32,827 nucleotides of DNA, from the IMG/VR virus record IMGVR_UViG_3300042196_000161, positions 1-32,827 of that record. One strand, written 5' to 3'. The position numbers and the translations under genes were made by a program. Below, piece by piece: positions 16,550 to 24,338 of the stretch (positions are counted from its first letter, which is position 1; every line of letters starts with the position of its first letter). This DNA is from a virus (Duplodnaviria; Caudoviricetes). The notes under the pieces were generated by a model. That model searched no databases. It was not told where the DNA came from and was given only the letters and a program-made list of their open reading frames with translations.

Positions 16550-17470
16550 TCACTCTCCGAAGAACATGCAGCGGAACACGGCCCCGCTCAGGTCCGTACC
16601 AGTGGCCGGCGCCGAGGACGCGCGGTACTCGATCGACACGTCGTTGCCATCCGCCAATGTGTCCAGGTTCACCGTCTGGTTGGTCGTATCGACCAGCCCA
16701 GTGACCGCCAGGTCGGCACCGGTCCGGGTGATCTTCAGCACGTCCGACTCCAGCGGTGTCAGCAGTGGCGTGGGCAGTCCGAGTTTCGACCCGATGCCGG
16801 CGCCGATGTTGAGGGTCGCGGCGGGCAGGTTGGTCACCGTGATCGAAGTCACCGTGTCGAACGGCTTGACGCCGTACTTCAACCGGAACTTCGCGGCCCC
16901 CACGGACTTGTTGCCGGCGGTAGAGGTGAAGGTGATCGTCTCGGTCTGGGCCACGCCCCGGAAAGTTCCCACCACGACGCAACTGGTTACGCCCTCGAAC
17001 AGGTTCAGGGCGCCGCCAGTCGTGTTCTCGATCTGGATCAGGATGTTCCTGGCCACGTCCGGCTGGAGCGCGATGACGAGGGCGCCGGCGACGAGGGTTG
17101 AGACAGCGGCCGAAGTCGAGATCAGATACCCGTTGGTCCCACCGGCAGCGGCGTCGACGTTCTCGGAGCTCGTGTTCGTGGAGCCCTTGATGTCGCCGCC
17201 ACCGGGAACGTAGACCTGAATCCCCCCGCCCCCGGCCTGGACCGTGAATTTCTTGGTCACGTTGTCGTAGGTGGGCTTGTAGTTCTGGCCCAGGGCATTC
17301 CCACCGAGCGGCAGCATCCCTCGAAGGATCTTCAGGCCAATACTGGCCGCTTCGAGAGAATACCCCCCGGCGGGGTAGCTCGCGTCGGGCGTGAGATCGT
17401 ACAGGGTGCAGCGCGTCCGGCCGCCGAGCACATCCTCGGCTTCCTTGATCCTCGTACGCGTCAGAGCCAT
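16550..17470 (-). CDS. Virion structural protein (capsid-associated)
   Basis: GGAGG RBS; DASYPAGGY and C-terminal GTDLSG..FRCMFFG motifs seen in post-capsid phage proteins. Confidence 0.7.
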   Translation of the reverse strand: MALTRTRIKEAEDVLGGRTRCTLYDLTPDASYPAGGYSLEAASIGLKILRGMLPLGGNALGQNYKPTYDNVTKKFTVQAGGGGIQVYVPGGGDIKGSTNTSSENVDAAAGGTNGYLISTSAAVSTLVAGALVIALQPDVARNILIQIENTTGGALNLFEGVTSCVVVGTFRGVAQTETITFTSTAGNKSVGAAKFRLKYGVKPFDTVTSITVTNLPAATLNIGAGIGSKLGLPTPLLTPLESDVLKITRTGADLAVTGLVDTTNQTVNLDTLADGNDVSIEYRASSAPATGTDLSGAVFRCMFFGE

Positions 17471-17482
17471 AGTTCCTCCCGT

Positions 17483-18103
17483 TTACCGTTGCGGCCCCAA
17501 CTGCAACTGGCACAGCGCCTCATCGGCGGTGGTCGCGCCGACCGCTTCGAACAGGCGTCCCACCCACCGCGACAGCTTCGTGGCCGCCGTCCCGAAGGTC
17601 ACTGCGGTCGCATCGGCCAGCACGTCGAACAAGCCGTTGTCCGCATCGAGCCCGGCGATGAGCGCATCGCCCGCGAAGGAAGGCTCCTTCGTCTGAGTCC
17701 CCTTGAACTTGCAGACGACCAAGCCGTCGCCGACGTGGATCCAGCAGTGCTTGCCGTTGCCGGGCGCGCTGATGAACACGCCGGCGATGTTGCCGACGTC
17801 CGGGTCACCCACGGCGTCGACGGTTACCTCGAAATTGGCCTTGTCGCTCCACCGGCAGGCGAGACCACGGGCCGGCGAGGTCGTCACAGTCGTCTTGGTC
17901 TTGACGTACATGTACCGGCCTTCGTACAGCGTGCCGATGGTCGTGTCCGACTTCTTGAGGGCCTCGGGCCGGTTCAGATAGATTTCGGCTCCGAGTTGGC
18001 CAGGAGCCAGACCTGGAGCATCGTTGCCTCCACCGGGGTTGGTGTCCGAGATGGTGTTGAGGTAGAGTGTGCTCAGCCTCACGATATCGGTGTCGAGTAG
18101 CAT
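17483..18103 (-). CDS. Capsid decoration/cement-like protein
   Basis: Directly after the MCP; GRYMYVK, AGVFISA..GKHCWIHVG beta-tulip-like pattern. Confidence 0.65.
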   Translation of the reverse strand: MLLDTDIVRLSTLYLNTISDTNPGGGNDAPGLAPGQLGAEIYLNRPEALKKSDTTIGTLYEGRYMYVKTKTTVTTSPARGLACRWSDKANFEVTVDAVGDPDVGNIAGVFISAPGNGKHCWIHVGDGLVVCKFKGTQTKEPSFAGDALIAGLDADNGLFDVLADATAVTFGTAATKLSRWVGRLFEAVGATTADEALCQLQLGPQR

Positions 18104-18118
18104 CGTTCTCCTCCAGGC

Positions 18119-19228
18119 TTAACTGCTGAAGCCGTACAAGAATTTTCCGAGATGTGGCGCGTGCCCCTGGACGTTGAGCCCGGCCTTGATGTGGCCGACC
18201 ACCCGCGTGTTGCGCTGGCTGGGGATGAACCCGCTGAATCCGAAGGCGAACTCTTCGTCGGTCGAGATCCGCAGCGTGAACGCCTCCGGGTTGATCCAGG
18301 CGAAGACCTCGCCCACGGTGACCAACGTGGCGCCCGGCAGCAGGGATTTCGCGGTCGGGCTGGCCGGCGTGGTGAAGGTGCCCGTCAGGTTCGACCCCAG
18401 GATCGGGTGGTTCTCGCCGTAGACCAGCGACGGCGCGTACTCGTCCTTGATGATCCGGGCGCTCATGAACCTGAAACCGGTTGCGCCCCAGATCGGATCG
18501 CGCTCCAGGTTCTCCATGAACCTCTGCTGGGTCTGCATCCGCTCCAGGCAGTAGGCGAACCCGGCCTTGTTCACGACGCCAAGCTTCGGCTCATCCGGCC
18601 CGCGGGAGGCGTCCTGGTGACTCTCCAGTAGGTGATGGTATTGGATCGACCCCGCGTTGCCGGCGCTGTCACCGAGCCACATGGGCGCCGAGTTCAGCAC
18701 GCCGTTGACGGCGCTCCGCGTCTCACCCCCGTAGGTGGTCGCGATGGTGCCGTCCCACGACGGGTCGGTGCCGTTGTTGAAGCACTCGGACAGGCCGTTG
18801 ATCGCCTTGATTCTCGCGGCGCTCTGACCCTCCCGCCAGATGGCAATCGCCAGCATGGCGTTGATCGTGTTGACGGCGGCGCGCATGTCGGCGTCGAGCA
18901 GAGAGATCAGCGCCAGGGGCCCGGTGTTTTCGACCTGGAGGATTTCCTTGTACTCGGGGATCGCCACGTAGATGTAGCGGGGCTTGAACTGGGTGGCGGC
19001 GAGCACCGGGTTCTTCAACAGGTTGAAGTTCTCGCCCTGGCTGTAGAACCCGCCGTTCATGACGCCGTAGAGGAAGCTCGACCGCATCCCGTTCCCACCG
19101 GCGAACGGCTGGGCGCCCTGCTTGCGCAGGTAGGCCCAGAAGGGCGCACCCTTGAAGACCAGGTCGCGCAGAGCTCTCGGGTAGAGCTCAAATTGTGTGA
19201 TGGCTGACAGCTCGTCGAACTGCGGCAC
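18119..19228 (-). CDS. Major capsid protein (HK97 fold)
   Basis: 369 aa after the scaffold; DLVFKGAPFWAYLR, INGL, GFRFMSARIIKDEYAP motifs; GAGGTG RBS. Confidence 0.85.
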   Translation of the reverse strand: MPQFDELSAITQFELYPRALRDLVFKGAPFWAYLRKQGAQPFAGGNGMRSSFLYGVMNGGFYSQGENFNLLKNPVLAATQFKPRYIYVAIPEYKEILQVENTGPLALISLLDADMRAAVNTINAMLAIAIWREGQSAARIKAINGLSECFNNGTDPSWDGTIATTYGGETRSAVNGVLNSAPMWLGDSAGNAGSIQYHHLLESHQDASRGPDEPKLGVVNKAGFAYCLERMQTQQRFMENLERDPIWGATGFRFMSARIIKDEYAPSLVYGENHPILGSNLTGTFTTPASPTAKSLLPGATLVTVGEVFAWINPEAFTLRISTDEEFAFGFSGFIPSQRNTRVVGHIKAGLNVQGHAPHLGKFLYGFSS

Positions 19229-19284
19229 GTGTCACCTCGCTCGTTCCCCGTCACAACACGCGCCGGCCCCTTGGGGATGGGGAG

Positions 19285-20217
19285 CTAGCGGCTGGCGCCC
19301 GTCTGCTGGCGGGCATACTTCCCGATCCGGAGCGCCTCCACGGCGGCCATGACCGGGTTCTCGGGCGCGCCATTCGCGTCCTTCTTGACAACCAGATCGG
19401 GCACGTGCTCCCAGATCGGACCCGGCTTGAAATCCGGCCGGCCCTGGGAACCAGGTATCGGCCCGGTGGCCACTTCGGTCAGGACCTTCTTCCGTTCGTC
19501 CTCGCGGATCGCATCGTCGTGCTTCTGGACAGCCTGTTGCTGCAACTCCTGCATACGCTCGCCGACCTTGAACCGCTCGGACCACACTTCCTGGACCGTG
19601 CGCCCTTCCTTGCGGGCGGCATCGACCAGCGCCTTCATCGAGAGCGGCTTGTCGGGGAACAACTGCCGGTGGCTCTCCTGGATGTCGAGCAACTCGGGCG
19701 AGAAATTGCCGATGGCCTGGCCCAAGCGGGCGGTTTCCTCTTCCCATTCCTTGCGGGTGAGGAACTGCTTGGGGTCGATGTCGGTCCTGCCGTTCGTGGC
19801 CGGCGCGGCCTTGGTATCGAACCCCACTTCGGTGGGTTTGAAGTCGTACTCCCGCGCTGCTTTCTCCAGCGCGGCTGTGGCGGCGTCGGCGCGCGCTTTC
19901 TCGGCCTGGGCGGCAGCTTCGAGCCTCTGGAGTTCGGCTTCGGAATCGGACTTCCACTTCGCGAGGCCCGCGTATCTGCCGTTGTAGGTCGTCTCGGCCT
20001 TCTTTAGTTCCTCCTCGATGTGTTTCCGCTCCGCCGTGAGTGCATCCATCTGCCGGCTGAATTCTGACTGCCGGAGCACTGAATCACGCACGCGGGCGGC
20101 TACAACATCTTGGGCGAGAACAGTTTCCAGGGCTTTTCGCTGATCCTCCGGGACGGTTACGTCCTTGACGAGATCCGCGATGTAGTCCTTGACCGAGAAC
20201 TCTGTCTGCTTTGGCAT
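19285..20217 (-). CDS. Capsid scaffolding protein
   Basis: Charged coiled-coil with LRQSEFSRQMDAL motif; upstream of the MCP; GGAGGT RBS. Confidence 0.75.
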   Translation of the reverse strand: MPKQTEFSVKDYIADLVKDVTVPEDQRKALETVLAQDVVAARVRDSVLRQSEFSRQMDALTAERKHIEEELKKAETTYNGRYAGLAKWKSDSEAELQRLEAAAQAEKARADAATAALEKAAREYDFKPTEVGFDTKAAPATNGRTDIDPKQFLTRKEWEEETARLGQAIGNFSPELLDIQESHRQLFPDKPLSMKALVDAARKEGRTVQEVWSERFKVGERMQELQQQAVQKHDDAIREDERKKVLTEVATGPIPGSQGRPDFKPGPIWEHVPDLVVKKDANGAPENPVMAAVEALRIGKYARQQTGASR

Positions 20218-20256
20218 TGCTTACCTCCGCCTCCGGCTCATCGCCGGGCCAGCGTT

Positions 20257-20273
20257 TCCGCAAAATTTGCGGA
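20257..20273. repeat. Dispersed 17-bp palindrome copy (perfect)
   Basis: TCCGCAAAATTTGCGGA, intergenic, upstream of the scaffold gene. Confidence 0.95.
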
Positions 20274-20285
20274 CGGGTGCCATCC

Positions 20286-20603
20286 TCAGCCTCTGATGGG
20301 AAGGAAGGGCTGGGAACTACCCGTCTGCGCAGTGCCTACAATCTGCGCCGCGGCTTGGCGGATGGAATTCACCGCCTGACGAAGCAGAGGAGCAACACCG
20401 GGGAACTGCTCGGCGACGCCCATCAGCTCGTTTTCGACCGCGGCCAGGGTTCCAATCATTCCCTCGAAGGCTTGCATCGGTCCCTCGGCACCCATGGGTC
20501 CCATGGCTCCCTGGGCAGGCCCGGCTAGGACAGGGGGAATGTTTGAAGGGGCTGGTTCTGCTCCGCCCCCGTAGGGGGGCATGTTCATCATGGGGGACGT
20601 CAC
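20286..20603 (-). CDS. Hypothetical Pro/Met/Gln-rich protein
   Basis: GTGA overlap with upstream gene (start may be ATG 20591); typical pre-scaffold small gene. Confidence 0.65.
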   Translation of the reverse strand: MTSPMMNMPPYGGGAEPAPSNIPPVLAGPAQGAMGPMGAEGPMQAFEGMIGTLAAVENELMGVAEQFPGVAPLLRQAVNSIRQAAAQIVGTAQTGSSQPFLPIRG

Positions 20604-20770
20604 TTCTTCCCTCCATGACCTTTGACCGCCGCATTGGCGATCCGGACCGCCTTACCTTCGTCCCCGGTGTCGCGCAAGACACGATTCGCGGTCGAAGCCC
20701 ACTGCCGCTGCTTGTGAGGCGTGTCGGCCTTGTGGGTCTTCTCCGTGGCGTCCTTGGCTTTCCAGGGCAT
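20600..20770 (-). CDS. Small basic ChaB-like protein (56 aa)
   Basis: MPWKAKDA..KQRQWASTANRVLRDTGDEGKAVRIANAAV resembles ChaB-like phage proteins; start trimmed to ATG 20770. Confidence 0.65.
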   Translation of the reverse strand: MPWKAKDATEKTHKADTPHKQRQWASTANRVLRDTGDEGKAVRIANAAVKGHGGKK

Positions 20771-20784
20771 GGCGGGTTCGATCC

Positions 20785-20823
20785 AAAACAAAAAGGCCCC
20801 AAGCCGTTGCCGGCCTGGGGCCT
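20785..20823 (-). terminator. Intrinsic terminator
   Basis: AGGCCCCAGGCCG-GCAA-CGGCTTGGGGCCT 13-bp stem (one G.U), GCAA tetraloop, then TTTTGTTTT. Confidence 0.85.
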
Positions 20824-20848
20824 CTGGTCTATGGGCGGTTCCGATTTC

Positions 20849-20879
20849 AGTATAGGAACATTTTCACCCATAGAGTCAA
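20849..20879 (-). promoter_or_regulatory. Sigma70-like promoter with 19-bp spacer
   Basis: TTGACT (20879-20874) N19 TATACT (20854-20849) in an AT-rich intergenic gap. Confidence 0.6.
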
Positions 20880-20881
20880 GG

Positions 20882-20892
20882 AAAATTTGCGG
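20882..20892. repeat. Half-site of the dispersed palindrome
   Basis: AAAATTTGCGG, 2 bp upstream of the -35 box. Confidence 0.6.
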
Positions 20893-20922
20893 CCTTTATC
20901 AAAAAGCGGGCGAAGTGGTCGT

Positions 20923-21138
20923 TCAGGATGGCGCAGGCGAGGGAGAGGAAGCCGTCGAGCAGCATGGTTCTGCTGACTTATCGGCACTTTTCTCGCGCCA
21001 CTCCAGCGGGCGACGGAGGCCGCCCTGGTTGAAGGTCAAGGTCAGCCGGCCGGTCTTCCGGTAGTGGGCGATCCAGGAGATGACCTCTTTGGGGTCGGCA
21101 TCGCTCGTGAAAACGTGTTGGGAGAGGTTAAGCTTCAT
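20923..21138 (-). CDS. Small hypothetical protein
   Basis: ATGA overlap with upstream gene; KTGRLTLTFNQGG motif. Confidence 0.6.
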   Translation of the reverse strand: MKLNLSQHVFTSDADPKEVISWIAHYRKTGRLTLTFNQGGLRRPLEWREKSADKSAEPCCSTASSPSPAPS

Positions 21139-21539
21139 GTACTTTGGGTTGTCAGGTTGGCCAGCGGCTTGTCCAGGCTTGCCTGATCCCAGCCCTTCCG
21201 CTGAAGTCGGTCCAGGACGAAGGCGGCATACGCCTGGGGGTTATTGTTGTCTTTGCTTGGAGCGTAGCCAGCATAGACGCCTGCTTTACCGGCGAAGAAC
21301 TCCAGCGGCGTCAGGCCCCTTTCGATGTTGAGCGTCACCTGCCTCCGTAGGGCATTCCATCCATCCGCAAAATTTGCGAACGAGGCGTAGCCGTGTTTCT
21401 TGGGGTTGTCGCCCCATTCCCGGAGGTTCCCAGGGTTGTGGTTTCGATTGGCCACCGAATCTGGCTTCCAGAAGCCCTCATAACTGGCGATGGCTTCGGA
21501 GATTGTTTCGACGAGTAGGCTGCCGCGAAGTGGTGGCAT
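21135..21539 (-). CDS. Lysozyme-like peptidoglycan hydrolase (endolysin or virion lysin), about 134 aa
   Basis: AIASYEG, RNHNPGNL, GYASF...GWNAL, YAPSKDNNNPQAY motifs. Confidence 0.75.
   Translation of the reverse strand: MPPLRGSLLVETISEAIASYEGFWKPDSVANRNHNPGNLREWGDNPKKHGYASFANFADGWNALRRQVTLNIERGLTPLEFFAGKAGVYAGYAPSKDNNNPQAYAAFVLDRLQRKGWDQASLDKPLANLTTQST
21364..21380. repeat. Dispersed 17-bp palindrome copy (16/17)
   Basis: TCCGCAAAATTTGCGAA within CDS (encodes FANFAD). Confidence 0.9.
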
Positions 21540-21543
21540 AGGC

Positions 21544-23601
21544 TTACCTGGTCTCCGACACCGTCTGCCGCGCACCGCCATCCTTCGTTTCTATATGAGG
21601 TGTCCGCTCGCCCGACGGCGGCCGTCCTGGACCTTGCTGCGGCGTCCCAGCGGCGCCGGCGCCGGCGGCGGCCGGAGGCGGAGCGGCCATGCCCGATGAG
21701 CGGAGGGCGGCGATGGCCTGGAGCGTAGCCGTGAACTCGGACTGGCTCGCGAGCCATGCCCGCCAGCGAGAGATGACGTCCTTGGCATCGTCCGGCGGGC
21801 TGCCGAAGTTGGCAATCTCGAACTTCTCAGCCAGCGTCCAGGGGTCAATCGGGAACCCGGCGCGCCAAAGTTGCATCATGATCATGCGCTGGCTGAGTTG
21901 CGCGATCTGGAGCCCCGAATTCGGTATCCCATCGAACGTGAATTGCTGCGCATACCACCGCTGGCGGTCCGCCGGTGAGCTTGGCGACTGAACCCGGGGA
22001 TCCTGGCCGGGGATGTGGCTCGGCACCAACATGCCCGGATCGAAGTCGAAATCCTGCTTGGTGATCCCGTCCGGCCCCAAGATCGAGAACCGGTGCGGGG
22101 CATCATAGAACTGGAAGAAGTTCGACTTCATCATCTTGAAGAGGTCGGTCAGCCCGGACTCAATGCCCCGTGTGATATCGGTAACCAGCGGCCCGGCAAG
22201 CTGGAGCAGCTTCTCGATCGTCTCGTCGCTCGGGATCTGGTTGGCCTTGGCCACGTTCGACATGTCACGGATGGCCATCAGGTAGTCCATCTCGTTGCGC
22301 AGCGTCTCTAGGTGCTGTTGGATGTGCGGCTCCAGCCGGTAGTATTCGATCGGCAGGAAGGGCTTGACCACGTCGCCCATCGAGAAGTCCACCGGGATGT
22401 GGCGGCCCCCGAACCGTGGATCCATGCGGGACATCGCGGCTTCGCTGACCGAATCCTGGTTGTACTGCATGGAGGCGTTGAGGCGGCCCTGCACCGAGTG
22501 GTCGATACCGCGCATGAGGCGGTTGAAGCTCTTCTGGAGCGGGTAGCCATCCCGAAGCATGCTGAACCCGAGGAACTCCCAAGGCCAATCGTCGGTGGTG
22601 ATCTTCACCAGGGGGACCATCCCGTGCCAGTAGGGGCTGGTGTCGTCATAGAGGATCCCGCTGTTGGTCCATACCACCAGGCGCCGGTTCGGGTAGAGGC
22701 GGATGTCTTCCCATCCGGCTTCCCGCATGATCGGCTCGCCGCCCCGGTAGATGTTGGTCGGGATAGGCTGGCCTTTGTAGGGAACCTCGTAAGCCCAAGA
22801 GCTGCCGGGCTTCCCCATGGCGATCCGCCGGCCGGTCCCGTTCACCGAGGCGTCCATGATGTAGCTGTAGTGGATGTCCACCGTGGGGAACCCGACCTTC
22901 GCATCGTCCTTCTCGCCGCCCAGGATACGGAAGATCAGGGGCATGTTCCGCTGCACCCAGGACACGCCCTTGCGCGCCCACGTCGGCTCGCCGCGGTCGG
23001 GGTGGATCCGGTCGGCGTGAAGCGGATGGAGAGCGCGCGCCAGGTTGATGGGCGTCTCGGCGACCAGAGTGACCATGTAGGCTTTCTGGATGTCGTGATC
23101 GCGCGGGATCTGCGACGGTTTCACGTCCCTGGGGCCGTAGGTGTAGAGCTTAATGTCCCCGCGCCCGTAGGTGCCGAAACCAAGCTCCCAGATCGGCGAA
23201 AGCCAACCCGTGCCCAGGGCAGCCGCCCACTGGAATCCCTTGCGCATCGACCGGTCCGCGAAGGTATCGCGCCACCAGGCGCGCAAGAGGTTGTTCAGGA
23301 CCTCTTCGGTCTCCTTGAACTCCTCGCTGCGGGTCTTGTAGGCCCCCATCAGCCGGAGGTTGGCGACGGTGGCCACCACTTCGCGGATCCCCCGCTTCAG
23401 GCGGTTCGACGCGGCGTCGGAGAGACCTTGGGGAACCTGTTCGAGATCCTCCCCGGCGATGATGTCATAGGCGATGTCCAGATCGCGGTAGGCCCGCTGG
23501 GAGCGGAGGTAGTTGTCCGCGTCCTGGACCTGCTCCCGCAACCAGCCGAGAATCTGCTGCTCGCCCTCCGATGTTGATGGAACTACGTAGCTTGCGCGCA
23601 T
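21544..23601 (-). CDS. Portal protein (P22-like, 685 aa)
   Basis: Start trimmed to ATG 23601 with GAAGGTG RBS; AAALGTGW, LYDDTSPYWHGMVP, PLQKSFNRL portal-type motifs; lies between terminase and scaffold. Confidence 0.85.
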   Translation of the reverse strand: MRASYVVPSTSEGEQQILGWLREQVQDADNYLRSQRAYRDLDIAYDIIAGEDLEQVPQGLSDAASNRLKRGIREVVATVANLRLMGAYKTRSEEFKETEEVLNNLLRAWWRDTFADRSMRKGFQWAAALGTGWLSPIWELGFGTYGRGDIKLYTYGPRDVKPSQIPRDHDIQKAYMVTLVAETPINLARALHPLHADRIHPDRGEPTWARKGVSWVQRNMPLIFRILGGEKDDAKVGFPTVDIHYSYIMDASVNGTGRRIAMGKPGSSWAYEVPYKGQPIPTNIYRGGEPIMREAGWEDIRLYPNRRLVVWTNSGILYDDTSPYWHGMVPLVKITTDDWPWEFLGFSMLRDGYPLQKSFNRLMRGIDHSVQGRLNASMQYNQDSVSEAAMSRMDPRFGGRHIPVDFSMGDVVKPFLPIEYYRLEPHIQQHLETLRNEMDYLMAIRDMSNVAKANQIPSDETIEKLLQLAGPLVTDITRGIESGLTDLFKMMKSNFFQFYDAPHRFSILGPDGITKQDFDFDPGMLVPSHIPGQDPRVQSPSSPADRQRWYAQQFTFDGIPNSGLQIAQLSQRMIMMQLWRAGFPIDPWTLAEKFEIANFGSPPDDAKDVISRWRAWLASQSEFTATLQAIAALRSSGMAAPPPAAAGAGAAGTPQQGPGRPPSGERTPHIETKDGGARQTVSETR

Positions 23602-23612
23602 CTCACCTTCCT

Positions 23613-23629
23613 TCCGCAAAATTTGCGGA
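23613..23629. repeat. Dispersed 17-bp palindrome copy (perfect)
   Basis: TCCGCAAAATTTGCGGA in the 30-bp gap, abutting the portal RBS. Confidence 0.95.
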
Positions 23630-23631
23630 TG

Positions 23632-24201
23632 CTAGTACCGCGCCTTCCCGCCGGTGTCCTGATCTCGCCATGGCAGCCGGTTCGAGCTGTCCACATGGAA
23701 CGGTTCCACGAAGAACACTGGCTCGGCCTGCCGGGAGGTTTCCTGGTTGTTGCGGTCCATGGCCAGTTGGGCGAGATCGCGCCCCTGCACTGACAACCTT
23801 TCATGGCCGACTACGCGCCCTTTATCGTCGCGGATCGGGACCAGCTTTTCACCGCGCATCATTTGGATCAGCTCGGAGCGCATTTCGCGCAGGCTGGCTT
23901 CCTGCGCTGGACCCTCAACATCGGACTGCTGTTGGCGCTCTCGCTTCAGCCGGGCCCCCATCTCGCGCTCGAATTTCTGCACTTGGGCCGAGGTGCTGAG
24001 GGTCACCTTCTCGAATCCCTTGGGGGCCGGGTCCGTGTCACGGCCGGGGAATTTGTACTGGCCTTTGGCGTCGCGGAAGACCACCACGGGTCGGAAGGCC
24101 TGGGCATAGCGTCGGTGTGACGGTATGTGGTCGTCTGGATTGCCGCGACAGAACGGAAAGTCGCCGAGCTGGAGCTTCCTCTTGCAGCGCTTACACCTCA
24201 T
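23632..24201 (-). CDS. Hypothetical protein with N-terminal Zn-finger-like motif (189 aa)
   Basis: ATG 24201 with GGAGGT RBS and ATGA overlap; MRCKRC...FCRG...H. Confidence 0.7.
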   Translation of the reverse strand: MRCKRCKRKLQLGDFPFCRGNPDDHIPSHRRYAQAFRPVVVFRDAKGQYKFPGRDTDPAPKGFEKVTLSTSAQVQKFEREMGARLKRERQQQSDVEGPAQEASLREMRSELIQMMRGEKLVPIRDDKGRVVGHERLSVQGRDLAQLAMDRNNQETSRQAEPVFFVEPFHVDSSNRLPWRDQDTGGKARY

Positions 24202-24338
24202 GGGCGCACCTCCGCGATTAGGGCCTCGACCCTTGGTTTTGATCCTTCGCCCGGGCATGGTCCTTCCAGCCGATTTACGACGAGCGCGCCGGTGATGAAG
24301 CCCAGAAGGAAGATGGCGAGTTGCAGCTTCCGGCTCAT
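24198..24338 (-). CDS. Small single-TM protein (46 aa)
   Basis: TGATG overlap with the terminase stop, GGAGGTG RBS, ATGA overlap downstream; MSRKLQLAIFLLGFITGALVV. Confidence 0.6.
   Translation of the reverse strand: MSRKLQLAIFLLGFITGALVVNRLEGPCPGEGSKPRVEALIAEVRP

Noticed and set aside
22312-23577. Long plus-strand ORFs (e.g. 22312, 7918, 11533, 25481, 27748) and alternate-frame minus ORFs
   Set aside because: Shadow ORFs of GC-rich coding genes; no recognisable motifs and fully overlapping better-supported genes.
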